The position numbers and the translations under genes are program-made. Source: Rebecca billardiae RCC1528 (lineage: Eukaryota > Protista > Haptophyta). Taken from it: a DNA stretch of 64,000 nt. Shown in pieces: positions 47,101-59,569 of the stretch; the first letter of the stretch is position 1; every line of letters starts with the position of its first letter. Below the pieces are notes generated by a model. That model was not told the origin of the DNA and did no database searches. It saw only the letters and a list, made by a program, of their open reading frames with translations. The stretch is from contig OZ251226.1 of NCBI GenBank assembly GCA_965240325.2, forward strand, positions 2,108,001 through 2,172,000. The letters are read 5' to 3'.

Positions 47101-50100
47101 GCCGTTGCCGAGCCCGCCGCCCAGCCCGCCGCCCAGCCCGCCGCCCAGCCCGCCGCCCAGCCCGCCGCCGAGGCCGCCGCCCCCGCCGAGCCCGCCGCCC
47201 TCACCACCGACCCCGCCCAGCCCGCCCTCGCCGCCGCCCGAGACGGTGCTGTCCACGCAGAAGATCTCGCCGACGGCCGGCGGCCTGAGCGCGACGCTGG
47301 CGAACCACAGCCGCTTCGGCTATCGCGTGAAGCCCCTCGGCGACTTTGACGGCGACGGCGTCCAAGACCTGATCGTGGGCGCGCCGCCAGACACAGAGTC
47401 GGGCGGCACGGCCGGCGGCGCGGCGTACCTGCTCTTCCTGAACGGCGACGGCACGGTGAAGGACGAGCGCGAGCTCACCATCGGCGGCGCCATCCAGCTC
47501 GGCCACGGCGTCGGCACGCTCGGCGACGTGGACGGCGACAACGTGACCGACGTGATGCTCGGAGACGTTTGGCAGAGCGACGGCGGCCAGTTCCGCTCGG
47601 GCGGCGCGTGGGTCGTGTTCCTCACCGCGGGCGGCACGGTCAAGGGCTCGCAGAAGATCTCGAACACCGCGGGCGGGCTGACGACCTTCCTGACCGGCAA
47701 CAGCTTCTTCGGCTCGGACGTGGCCGGTCTGGGCGACCTCGACGGCGACGGCGTGCCCGACGCGCTCGTGGGGGCGCGCGCCGCCAACCGCGCGTTCACG
47801 CTCCTGCTGAACGCGGACGGCACCGTGAAGGCGGAGGTGGAGCACACGGGCAGTGGCAACTTTGGGATGGGCGTCGCGCCGCTGGGCGACCTGGACGGCG
47901 ACGGCGTGGTTGACGCGATGGTGGGCGCGTTCCGCGACGGCAGCGCTGGCAGCAACGCGGGCGCGGCGTACGTGCTCTTCCTCAACTCGAACGGCACGGT
48001 GCGCGCGTCCCAGAAGATCGGAGAGGGTGTTGGAGGTGGCCCACCGCTGGATCCCAGCGACGTCTTTGGCACGAGCGTGGGCGGTCACGGCGTCGACGTG
48101 GACGGCGACGGCGTGCCGGACGCGATCGTGGGCTCGCCGCAAAATGGCGGCACGGCGTATCTGCTCTTCATGCGCACCGACGGCACGGTCCGGCACTACG
48201 AGCCGATCGCGAGCGGCGTGGGCGGCTTCCCGTCCGGGCTGGTCGACGGCGACCGCTTTGGCGAGGGCGTGGCGCTGATCGCCAACTTCAGCGGGGACGG
48301 GCGCACGTACGCCGCGGTGGGCGCGCCTTACGACGACGATCCTGGCACCGACGTGGGCGCGCTGTGGATGCTCGAGCTCTCGGGGTACACGCCGCCCATG
48401 CCGAGCCCGCCGCCCAGCCCGCCGCCGAGCCCGCCGCCCAGCCCGCCGCCGACCCCGCCGCCCAGCCCGCCGCCGCCGCCGCCGAGCCCGCCGCCAAGCC
48501 CGCCGCCGCCGGACACCTTCGTGTTCGGCACGTTTTTCGACGACGTGCTCAACCGCTCGACCAGCGCGATCGTCGACGCGCCCTGGGCGGCGGCCCCCGG
48601 GCCGACCGATCCGGCGGGCGTGGAGAATCGCGTGTACGGCCTCGGCGGCGACGATCTGATCGAAGGCGGCGACGCCGGCGCTGGCGTCTCGGACGGGTAC
48701 ACGGGCGGCGACGTGGTCAACTACCTCTCCGGCGGCGGCGGCAACGACACGCTCGTCGGCGGCGACGCCGGCGCCGCCGACAATGGCGGCAAGGGCGGCC
48801 TTGCGACCAATCGGCTCTACGCTGGTCCGGGCTCGGCGGACATGCTGATCGGTGGCGACGGCGGCTTCGCAAACTCGTCCGGCTCGTCGGGCGGCGACGC
48901 GCGCAACTACCTGTCCGCGAGCGCCGAGGGCAGCACGCTCGTGGGCGGCGACGGCGGCGACGGCATCAACGGCGGCGTCGGCGGCCAGGTGATCAACGAG
49001 CTGTATGGCGACGATGGCGACGACGTGCTGCGCGCAGGCGACACGGGCAACTCCATCAACGGCGGGCAGGCGTCGCTCAGTCAGACCCGCATGTACGGCG
49101 AGGGCGGCGACGACCAGTTCCACCTCGGCGTGGGCGACGGGGGGCAGAGCTGGTCCCCTTTCGGCGGCGGCACCCGCGGGTACGCGTACGGCGGCGACGG
49201 CGATGACAAGTTCTACGGCGGCCGCGCCGGCGATGGCCGCGGCGAGGTCGGGTTAGGCGCCTACTCGTACGCCTTCCTCTACGGCAACGACGGCAACGAC
49301 TACATCCGCGCCACCGACGCCGGCGACGCGCTCGGCGACGGCCACGGCGGCCGCGCGTACAACAAGGCGGACGGCGGCGCGGGCAACGACACGCTCTTCG
49401 GCGGCGACGGCGGCAACGCGTTCGGCGTCGGCGCCACCGGTGGGTACGCGTACAACTATCTGTACGGCAAAGAGGGCGCGGACACGATCTACGGCGGCAA
49501 CGGCGGGTACGCCAACGGGTCTACGTCGTACAGCGGCTACGTCAAAAACATCCTCGACGGCGGCGCGGACAACGACGTGCTGCACGGCGGCGACGGTGCG
49601 TTCGCGCGCAAAGACGCCGACGACGCCCTTTATGTAAACAACTACCTCTACGGCCGTGACGGCGACGACACCATCTACGGCGGCGACTTGTTTGCCGGCG
49701 ACGCCACGGCTGTCGGCCAGGTGTCCAACCAAATTAACGGTGCGCGCGCGCGTGCGCGCAGCCGCCACCCTACGCTCGCGCGCGCCTGAGCGCGCGCGCC
49801 CCCTGCCGCTGTCGCTGCTGCCTCCGCGCGCGCAGGCGGCGCCGGTGACGACCGAATCTTCGGCGGCACGGGGGTGGACACCGTGCGCGGCGGTGCGGGC
49901 GCCGACTACATCAACACGCTCGACGGCGGCACGGACAAGATCTACGCCGACCGATACGACACGATCGTCGCCGACCCCTTCGACATCATCGTCTGGCCAC
50001 CGAGCCCGCCGCCGAGCCCGCCGCCAGCACCGCCGGCGGGGTTGCCGCCAGCCCTCGCTCCGCCGGCCACTGCGCCGCCGCTGGGCGCGCCACCGGCAGG

Positions 50101-50205
50101 CGTGCCACCGTCGGGTGCGCCACCGTCGGGTGTTCTCCGGCCGTCACAGCCGCCGCAGCCGCCGCCAAGCCCGCCGCCCGTCTCTGTGGAGAACCCGACG
50201 CCGAA

Positions 50206-50236
<31 letters not shown>

Positions 50237-50803
50237 TCGCCGAGCCCGCCGCCGCCGCCCCCGTCCCCGCCGCCCTCACCGCCGCCGCCGCCATCGCCGC
50301 CGCCGCCGCCGCGCACGGAGCCATTCCCGCCGCCCTCGCCGCCGAGCCCGCCGCCGAGCCCGCCGCCGAGCCCGCCGCCGAGTACGCCGCCAGCGCCACC
50401 GCTCACCGTCGACTATTTGCGGTTCTTGATCAACGGCCCCGTCTCCGAGCTGACCGATGCGACTGTCGACGAGATCATCGACGGGCTCTCGCAGCTGAGT
50501 GGAGTGCCGCCGGCCAACATGCATGCGGTGGCCAAGCTGCCGGGCTCGGCCGTGCTCGTGCTCGCGATCATCCAGCTCACCGCGCAGGGCGAGCCCGTCG
50601 ACATCGAGGCCCTGCTGAAGACGTACTCGGTGGAGGATCTGAGCGGCTTCTTCGGCATCGACTTGCTCAGCTACCCGAGAGCGCTCATCGTCGGGTGCGA
50701 TGACAGCACGGCGAAGAACTTCAACTCGAACGCGACGTTCAGCTTCGAGGGCGAGGCCTGCGAGTACTTCTCGCCGCCGCCGGCGCCGCCGAGCCCGCCC
50801 TCG

Positions 50804-50842
<39 letters not shown>

Positions 50843-53800
50843 TCGCCGCCGCCGCCGCCCACGCCACCGCCGCCGACCCCGCCCTCGCCGCCGGCGCTCC
50901 CCACCGCGCAGCTGACGACCCTCGGCTCCGCCTCAGTCTCGGCACTCGTGCCACCGGGCGCGGCGATAGGCATCGACACGCCCGTCACGCTGCTCGGCGC
51001 CGGCTTCGAGCCGGCCATCGCGCAGGTCGGCAACCTGAGCTGCGCCTTCTACGCGAACGGCACCAACGACGCGCAAGCGCCCCCCCTCGTCGTGCCCGCG
51101 CTGAGCGTGAGCGCGACCGCGGTCGAGTGCGCCGCGCACACGCCGCCCGGGACGGGCGCCTCGTCGGACGTGGTGGTCGAGCTGCGCACGGACGACGGCT
51201 CCTCGCCGCGCACGCTCGTCGCGACGCGCGCCTTCGTGTGGTTCGATCTCACCAACGTGACGGTCGACGGCGTCGATCCACTCGGGCTGCCCGAGGGCGC
51301 GGAGGACCGCGCGATCCGCGTGCTCGGCAAGGACTTTTTCGATGCGGGCGGCGGGCTGAGCTGCCGCTTTGAGACGGGCACCGGCGCCAAGAGCGTCGTG
51401 CCGGGCGTGCTGCTCTCCTCCGAGCTCGTGCAGTGCGTGCCGCCGCTGATCTCGCTGCCGGCCGGCGAGGCGGTGCGCACCGTCACCGTCGAGGTCTCGC
51501 CGAACGGCTTCTCGTACGCGCCCTCGTCCGCGCAGCTCGTCACGTACACGGCGACCGTCTCGTCGGGCTTGCCGTCCGCGTCGCCGGCGAGCGCGCCTGC
51601 GCAGGTGACGCTGCGCGGCGCGGGCTTCCTCGACCTCGGCCCGGACCAAGCCATCTGCCTGTACACCAAGGAGAACACCGTCACGCCGTTCGCGCGGCCG
51701 GCGACGATCGTGGACAACACGACGGCGGTGTGCCGCGAGATCCAGGCGGCGGAGGCGCAGGCGGGCAAGAGCTACGACGTGCGGCTCTCGCTGAACGGCG
51801 GCGCGGACCTCGTCTTCAACGTATTCGACGCGGTGCGCGTGCGGCTGTACAGCATCGGCAACGTGGCGCTGACGAGCGTCGCGCCGGTCGGCGGGCCGAC
51901 GGCCGGCGGCACGCGCGTCACGCTCAGCGGCGTCGGCTTTGGCGGCCTCCTGGCCAATGACGGGCTGTGCTGCGTCGTCGACGGCGCGTGCGTCGCGCCC
52001 GCCACGCTGCTGCTGTCCTCGAGCCTCAACCCGACCGCGACGGTGCGCGCGGCGTGCACGCTGCCCGCGCAACCGCCCAACGCCTCCGCCGTCGTCTCGC
52101 TCGAGCTCTCGCTGAACAACGGCGCGGTGGGCACGACCACCAGCTCCGGCATGCAGTTTGGCTACTACGAGGAGCCGACCGTGAGCTCGATCTCGCCGAG
52201 CTTCGGGCTGAGCACGGGCGGCGCGGAGGTGGTCGTGCGCGGCTCGGGCTTTGGCGCGCTGCTCAACGCGAGCACCTGGGCGCTCCCGAGCATGCCGCAG
52301 GGCCGGCTGCGCGTGCGCTTCGGCGCGGACGTCGCGCCCGCGCCGCTCGCCGTCACCGACACGGAGATCCGAGTGCTCTCGCCGCCCTCCGACGCGAACA
52401 CGACCGTGGTGGTGGGCGTCGCGCTGAACGGCCGGCAGTACGTCGAGGCGGGCGCGGCGGCGGTCAACGACACCAAGTTCACGTACGCGGCGGGGCTGAG
52501 CACGCCGCGGCTGCTCTCGGCGACGTTCAACGCGCGCGCGACCGCGCTCGTGCTGCAGTTCGACGCGCAGCCGACGGACCGCGCGCGCATGTCCGGCCTG
52601 CAGCTGTGCTCGCGCGTGCTCGACGAGAGCACGGTCGAGCTGATCCGCGGCGGCGCGGTGAGCGCGCCGCTGTGCTACTGGGAGGACGACTCCACCCTCG
52701 TCGCGCAGCTCAACGGCCGCACCGCCGTCGGGCCGGGCGACACGGTCGGGATCCGCGCCAACGTGCTGCAGCCAGAGCTCTCCACCGCTCAGTGCCCCAA
52801 CCCGCTGTGCGCGGGCGCGCTCTCGGCGGAGGTGCCGCTCGAGCAGGCGGACGCGTGCGCCGGCGGCTGCCCCACGCCCGCAGTGCAGCTCAGCGGCAAC
52901 GCGCTCGTCTCGTCCGCGTGCCCGAACGAGGTGGTCACCGTCAAGGCCACCGTGACCGAGCGCGCCGGCATCGGCCGTCTCAGCTACATCTGGGCGGTGG
53001 ACACGACGCAGGGGCTCACGGTCGACGCGGCAGCGGCGCTCTCGGCGGCCGTGGAGAACCTCAACAGCCCGACGCTCGCGTTCAAGCTCCCTGAGGGCGA
53101 CTCGTTCACTTTCTCGCTGCGCGTCTTCTCCTTCCTCGGCTTTGCCTCGCCCGTCGCGACATTCACCGTCGCGCGCACCTCTGAGTTTGCGCCCCTCGTC
53201 GCGATCGACGGCGCCGCGAGCCGCGCGGTGCAGCCGGGCGCGACGACGCGGCTGCGCACGAGCGCGTCGGTCGCGACCTGCTTCTCCTCCGACCTCTCCG
53301 GCCGGATCGACTTCAACTGGACGCTGCTCTCCGCCGCGCCGACGAACGGCGACCCGCCGCCGTCGGGCGGCGTGCCCGTGCCGTACACCGACGCGGCGCG
53401 CCTGCTGCCAGCGCTCGTGCTGCGTCCGTACAGCCTGCTCGCCGGGTACACGTACGTCTTCCGCGTGGACGCGTCGATGCGCGACAACCCAAGCGCGGCG
53501 TCGTTCGCGCTCGCGACCGTCAGAGTCACGCCGCAGGGCGTGCGCGCGGTGATATCCGGCGGCTCGCGCACGCTCTCGCTCACGCAGACGAGCGCGCGCG
53601 TCGACGGCTCCGGCTCGGTCGACTTCAACACCGGCACCGCCGCCGGGCTGAGCTACAGCTGGGCGGTGACCAAGGCGGTGAGCGGCGCGACGGCCGTCGA
53701 CGTCTCGGCGGTGGCGACGCCGACGCTCACGCTCGCCACCGTGGCTCTCGGCGGCGTGGGCGCCTACGTGGTCAAGCTCACGGTCACGTTCGCAGCCGAC

Positions 53801-56800
53801 GGCCGCACCTCTTCCGAGTCCGCGACGCTCACCCTCGTCAACGACTACGTGCCGCAGGTGACCATGTCGCCGCTCAACCGCGCCAAGTACAACGCGCTGT
53901 GGGACGTGCCCGAGCTGGCGATCGGCGTGTCCGCGCAGCTCGACGAGGACGCGGCGCTCGCGCAGACGGTGGGCAACCTCACCTTCGAGTTCAACTGGGC
54001 GGTCACCGAGGTCGTGGGCGCCGCGCGCCTCGCGTCTGCTCTCGATGTCGCCGACGACACGGCGGTGACCACGACGGGCAACCGCAAGCCCAACTTCGTC
54101 TTCCGCTCGGGCGTGCTCACGCCCGGCGCGACGTACGCGCTCTCGCTCGAGGTGATCGGCGGGCAGGAGCCCTCGTACGCCGAGGTGCGCGTGCTGATCA
54201 ACCGGCCGCCGTACGGCGGCAGCCTCACGATCACGCCAGAGACCGGTCCCGCCTTCACCGAGTTTGCGTACGAGGCGGCCGACTGGACGGACGACGCGGA
54301 GGACCTGCCGCTCGCGTTCACGTTCGGGTACGTGAGGCCCGGCTCCGCGCTCGTGCAGTTCGTCACCGACGCGTCGGCGGAGGAGCGCGCGAGCGCGGTG
54401 CTGCCCGAGGGCGAGTACAACGCGACGGTGACCGTGGTCGACCAGTTTGACGGCGCGGTCGTCGAGCGCACGCCGGTCACCGTGCTGCCGGTCGCGGCCG
54501 ACGACCGGACGGCCGCGTTCACGCGCGAGAAGATCGACGGCGCGGGCGACGCGCTCGACGTGGGCAACGTCGAGGGCGCGCTGCAGCTGGTGCTCGCGGT
54601 CGCGGACGCGACGCTGCTCACCATCTCGCGCGAGGACGGCGCGGACGCGCAGCTGCTTGTGCTCGAGCTGCTCGACGTCACCTCGCTCAGCGCGGACGAG
54701 GCCGGCGGCGCGCAGGACGAGGCGCCGCGCGTGCAGCTCTCGGGCACCATCGCGACGGTGCTCGCCGTGCCGGCCGCCCTCGACGCCGACTCGCAGCTCG
54801 AGGGCGTGCGCCAGCTCTCGCTCGTGCTCTCGTCCACGGAGGCAGACGGCCTCGACGACACGACCGCGGCCAACTCGCTCGCGGGCCTGAACTCGGTGCT
54901 GCGCGCCGACGACCTCGTCGACAACGCGGTGCTGCTGCTCGCGCCGAGCACGGCGCAGCTCGACGACGAGCTGCAGGCGAGCCTGGCCACGCTCGCGAGC
55001 AACGCGCTGGTCGGCGTGCTGCCGGGCGAGGCGGCGCGCGAGGTGAGCGCCGAGCGCGTCTCGGTGCGCTCGCAGCGCGCTTTCGCCAACGAGCTCGCCA
55101 ACACCACCGTGCCCGGGCCCGGCGGCTCCGGCGGCGCGGCGCTCACGATCCCGGCCTCGCTCTTCGCGGACCGTGACGGCGACGGCGACGCGCTGCGCGG
55201 CGGCGTCGACGTGCGGCTCGTGCTGCTGCAGCGCAACACGCACGACGACCCGCGCGGCGCGAGCGGTGACGTGGACTCGGTGCCGCGCTCGCAGGTGGAC
55301 GGCGACGCCGCGGACTCGGACGACGTCTTTGAGCTGGGCGAGCAGCGCGCGCTGCAGTCGGCGCTCTTCTCCGTCACGCTCGCCTTCGCCTCGGACGGCA
55401 CCGAGCTCGCCATCGACGGCACGCGAGATCGCATCGTGATCGTGATCCCGCTGCTGCCCGCCTCGCAGCTCTTCACACTCGGCGACTCGGCGGAGGAGGA
55501 GGGCACGTGCTCGACCGACAACAGCTGCGCGGCCGACGGCGACGTGTCCCGCGGCGTGTGCAACGCCACGTCGGGCGCGTGCGAGTGCGCGCCCAGCTTC
55601 GCCGGGCCGGCGTGCGACGAGCTCACGCTGTGCCACTTCTGGTGCGCGCGCGTCCACGGCACGGCTGTCTCGCTGCGCCGCGCCGCGCCTGCGCGCCCGC
55701 CGTGCCGACTGACCGCCCGCACGCCCACTCGGCCCCCGCCCGCGACTGGCTGCCTGCCGCGCAGGAACGAGAGCTCGCAGCTCTGGTCGACCGAGGGCTG
55801 CAGCTCGCAGCTCTCACCGGACGGCGCGTCGGTCGAGTGCGCGTGCGACCACCTCACCGGTGCGGAGCCGTGTCGCGCGCGCGAGCGCGCCCGCTGCCAC
55901 TCCCGACCTCGCGCGGCCGCGCGCGCGCACGCGCTCACCCGCCACGTGTGTGCCCGCGCGCGCGCGCGCCCGCTTTGCAGACTTTGCCGCCCTCGCCGTC
56001 GCCGTCCAGCGCCTCGCGACCGGCGAGGAGGCGGTCACCGCGCCCGAGGTGAACCTTCCGACCGACACGGAGGATCTGGAGGATGCGGACGCGGAGCAGG
56101 TTGCGGCCATCCTGTCGGCGCGGCTGGAGACGAACTTCTGGGGCGTGGTGCTGGTCAGCGCCGCGCTCGGCCTCTTCTTCGCGCTCTTCGGCCTCGCGTA
56201 CACCATCGACGTCGCCGTCGAGACAGAGCCGTCCGTGCCGTTCTGGAAGCAGCGCGCGGAGAAGTCGCGGCTGTGGGCGGCCGCCGCGGCTCTGCTCGCC
56301 AAGTCGTCGGCCACCTCCTGGATCACGCGGCTGCCGGGCGAGAGCATCACGGTGCGTGCGCCGCGCCACACGGGGCGACGCTCGCGCGTGCGCAGCCGCG
56401 AGCGCGTCGGCCTCGCCGCCTGCTCGCGCCACGCCCACGCGCGCCCTTGTCGACCGTCCCCGCCTCCGACCCTTCCCGACCCCGACCCTTCCCGCCTCCG
56501 ACCGCCCGCACAGGCCAAGCAGCGGCTGATGAGCCTGCTCACCGTGGCGCTGCTCGAGCTGTTTGTGATGGCGCTCTTCCTCGGCGTCCCAGAGAATCAG
56601 AGCTCGTCGCAGATCGTCTTCGCCGTGCTCGTTGGACTGGTCGCGGGCTTCCCGTTCGAGGTGCTCTTCCTCGACAACCTGTGGAACTGGGCGGCGAAGA
56701 GGCGCGGGCTGCTCGACGCGCGGCCGGACGACCAGCGTGACGAGCAGGCGCGCCGGGACTCGCTGCGCGTGGACGATGCTCGCACGCCGGCGGCGCCGGG

Positions 56801-58433
56801 GCGCGGCCTCACGCTGGCGCGCTCCCTCGGCCTCTTCAGCTCGAGCGCGTCGCTCTCGCGCACGACGGGCGGCGGCGCCGAGCCGAGCGCCACGATGGCC
56901 GCGACGACGACGCGGGGCGAGAGCAGCGGCGATGGCGTCGGCGGCGGCGCGGCCGAGGGCGGCGGCGACGCGGGCGGCGGCGGCAACGGCTCCGGCGCGG
57001 CCGGCTCGCGCCCCGCCCGGAACGGAGCGGCCGAGTTCCCGATCCGGTACGTGCGGCCGGACAACGTGCGGCAGATCGGACCGGCGCCCGTGGCCGCCGC
57101 GCTGGAGACGCGCGGCGGGCAGCCGAGCGCAACGAGCAGCCTTGGCGCGGGCACAGGCCAGGAGTCGGAGGAGGCCGTGCGCGCGCGCAAGCGCTCGGCG
57201 CGGCGCGAGGCGGCGCGCGCGCTGCGCCAGAGCCAGGCGCAGGTGGTCGGCAGCGTGCGGCTGCCGCCGCTGCCCCCGAACATGGCAGGCGCCGTCTCGA
57301 TGCCCGTTCAGGCGCTCATCTCCATCCCCACCTTCCACGGCCAGCTGGTCGGCTTCTTTGTCGCGGGCTCGGCCCATGTCGAGCGCGCGCAGATCACGCG
57401 CAGCCAGACCGACAGGTCGCGCGCGTCAGAGCCGGAGGCCGAGCCTGAGCCCGCGCCGCCGCCGCGCTCGGTGATGGGCCGGCTGTGCCCACCCGCGCCC
57501 ACGCCGCCCTCGGCCTTCGGCGACGAGAACCCCACCCCCGGCCGCGACGACCGCGGCGAGGCGGCGCACGCCGCCGAGAGCGGGCTGATGCCGGACGTTC
57601 GCTTTGTGCAGGCGGAGTACGTGTACAAGCTGCCCGCGATCAGCCCCGAGGATCTCGAGGCGCTGTACCGCACCAAGCCGCGCGGCCGGCGCGAGTCCGC
57701 TGTCGCGGCCGGCGCCACCAAGATCGCCGCGCGGCTGCCTGGCTTCTCCAAGGCGCAGTCCTCGCGATCTGCCGGCGCGAGGTCGAAGCCTGCCAAGGTC
57801 AAGATGGCGTACGTCGCGTACGCGACCAGCCCGTTCGGCGACGGGCACGACGTGCTGCCGTCGGAGGTGATCGCCGCGCCCGACGTCGCGACGCAAGCCG
57901 CGCTCGAGGCGTATGAGCGCGCGGAGGCCGCGGCGGCGGCCGACGCAAGCGGCCCCGACCTGAGCGCGCGCGTGCTGCGCCGCGTGCTGCTCACGCGCGA
58001 CGACCTCGAGTCGGCGGGCTGGTGGGCGAATCGGCCGAAGAAGTGGAAGCGGCAAGTGGCGTGGGCCGTGCAGATCATCCTCGCGCTGGTGTTGGTCTGC
58101 TTTCTCATCTCCTTCTCCCTCCTTGGCACTTCCTCGCAGGACGGCGAGCGCTCGGTGCGCGACCCGAGTACGTGGCGTGAGCAGGTGATCCAGGCGTGGG
58201 GCATCGAGACGGCGTTCAAGCTGGCGGTGCTCGAGCCGGGCTCGGTCCTGTTCACGGCGATCGTCGCGTATCTCGTCTCGAAGCTGCCCGAGGCGTGGCG
58301 CGATTGGTTTACGGAGGTCTTTGTGGAGCCGCTGCTGCACCAGCTGCGCAGGCCGCTAGCCGCGCTCAAGGATATGACGAGCGGCACGCTCGGCAACGCG
58401 GTCAACGTCGTGGGGGTGGCTGCTGGGACGTAA
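41153..58433 (+). CDS. Giant polycystin-1-like surface receptor, copy B (~5,590 aa): signal peptide, 5 FG-GAP (integrin-alpha-like) propellers with SPPP linkers, RTX repeats, IPT/TIG, REJ, EGF, GPS, 5 TM
   Basis: Introns 49740-49835, 55642-55764, 55860-55980 and 56352-56513 give a continuous frame. FG...GDxDGDG..D..VGA repeats, GGxGxD repeats, REJ-like INRPPYGG...WTDD.EDLPL.F.FGY, and GPS CACDHL/TDF. PKD1-like TM motifs QRLMSLL and W...LEPG. Confidence 0.88.
41275..48400 (+). repeat. Five tandem ~1.15-kb FG-GAP propeller modules (about 41275-42430, 42721-43876, 44581-45755, 45952-47100, 47245-48395) separated by (CCGCCGCCCAGC)n linkers
   Basis: Modules 1 and 2 are nearly identical at DNA level. 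Modules 3-5 are variant or mosaic. Confidence 0.9.
48510..49995 (+). other. RTX/hemolysin-type Ca2+-binding nonapeptide repeat region within copy B
   Basis: GLGGDDLIEGG, GGGGNDTLVGG, GGAGNDTLFGG, GRDGDDTIYGG, GGAGADYI. A spliceosomal intron (49740-49835) lies inside it. Confidence 0.85.
50230..58418 (+). repeat. Right arm of ~8.2 kb inverted duplication (partner ~21610-29880)
   Basis: Colinear with copy A, including three shared intron positions. Confidence 0.9.
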
Positions 58434-59569
58434 GTGGAGTTGGCAGGGGAATGCGGGCGCCCAATCGGGCCAACTGGCGAGGACTCAGCGCCCGCGCGTC
58501 TCGTCGCGAGGCCCCCACTCGGGCTGCGACGCCGACGTGGTCATGTGTATTCCGTAGTGCAATGCTGTGCGCCGTCAGCGCGCGCACGGCAGGGTGTGTA
58601 TCACTATCAGCATCAGCATGCCTGATGCCAACGTGTCAATCACTCATCAGTGCCTTCCATGTCATGTCAGACCATGTGTAGCAACAGCATGCCAGGAGTA
58701 GTACGTTATTACTGTCGGAGTAAGAGTTCACCACGGCAGCAGGCAGTTTAAGGGCCAGTAATCGTCTAAGTATTCGGACCGAAGTGCTGTGGCCTGTGCG
58801 CTGTACTGTAGTAGACTATAGTAGTAGTTGAACCGAGGGTCTGATTTCAAGACTGACCGAGTACTGAGTGTCTGAGACGTTGCAGAGTGAATGTGATCAA
58901 CGGCGGTCGACTGATCCGCGCGAGTGCTTGCCGCAAGCTTGGCCAACATACTGACCATCAGATGGACCGTTGACTATGCGATAGCTACAAGTACAGACAT
59001 CGAAGGTAGTAGGGCGCTTTCGTCCGGCGCCCCCCCCCCCCCCCCCTCTTGCGGTGCTCACCAGCCTGAGCCTCCACAGGGCCTTGTCCGATTCGGCTGC
59101 CGTCCGCGGGGCCGGCGTGAGGGCGGTCACCGACGAAAGCCGGCCATACCGATAGGTCTCTCTTCGGAGAGCGTGCGATGAAGGATGGCGCGGCAACCTG
59201 CCACGTGAGCCTTACGCACGTTAAAACAAATAAACTGTAGGCTAATTAATACTGCACCTCGGAAAATCATACTGCTGTATACTCTACGGGTACGAATACC
59301 TATCTCTACATAGATGTTCACAGATATAGATACACACGGCTCCGATCGTATGGAACCGGTATGATGAGCTCATTTCTCGAGTTCGCTAGTATTAATCGTG
59401 AGCTATCGGCCACAATGACTTATCGAATCGCTATCGCTTCGGAGGTCCACGCGACTCTGAACTGTATTCATATTCAGCAATCGAATCATCAAGCTCGTCA
59501 AGTTGATCAGAACACCAGCGACCGCGTGCCCCAGATTCCGCCGTTGCGCGCGAGCCCCTGTGGATCCTC

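Noticed and set aside
41153-49995. Bacterial contamination or chimeric contig suggested by FG-GAP/RTX content
   Set aside because: The region shares its leader with the eukaryotic paralog, has the same codon style, and contains a spliceosomal intron within the RTX region.
50933-55657. Very long antisense or alternate-frame ORFs (also 24472-26820, 26492-29194, 35610-38300, 44537-46903, 29721-31346)
   Set aside because: Shadow ORFs expected from extreme GC3 bias opposite real genes. They are Arg/Ala/Gly-rich with no domain motifs.
59030-59046. Poly-C run
   Set aside because: Simple homopolymer with no supporting context.
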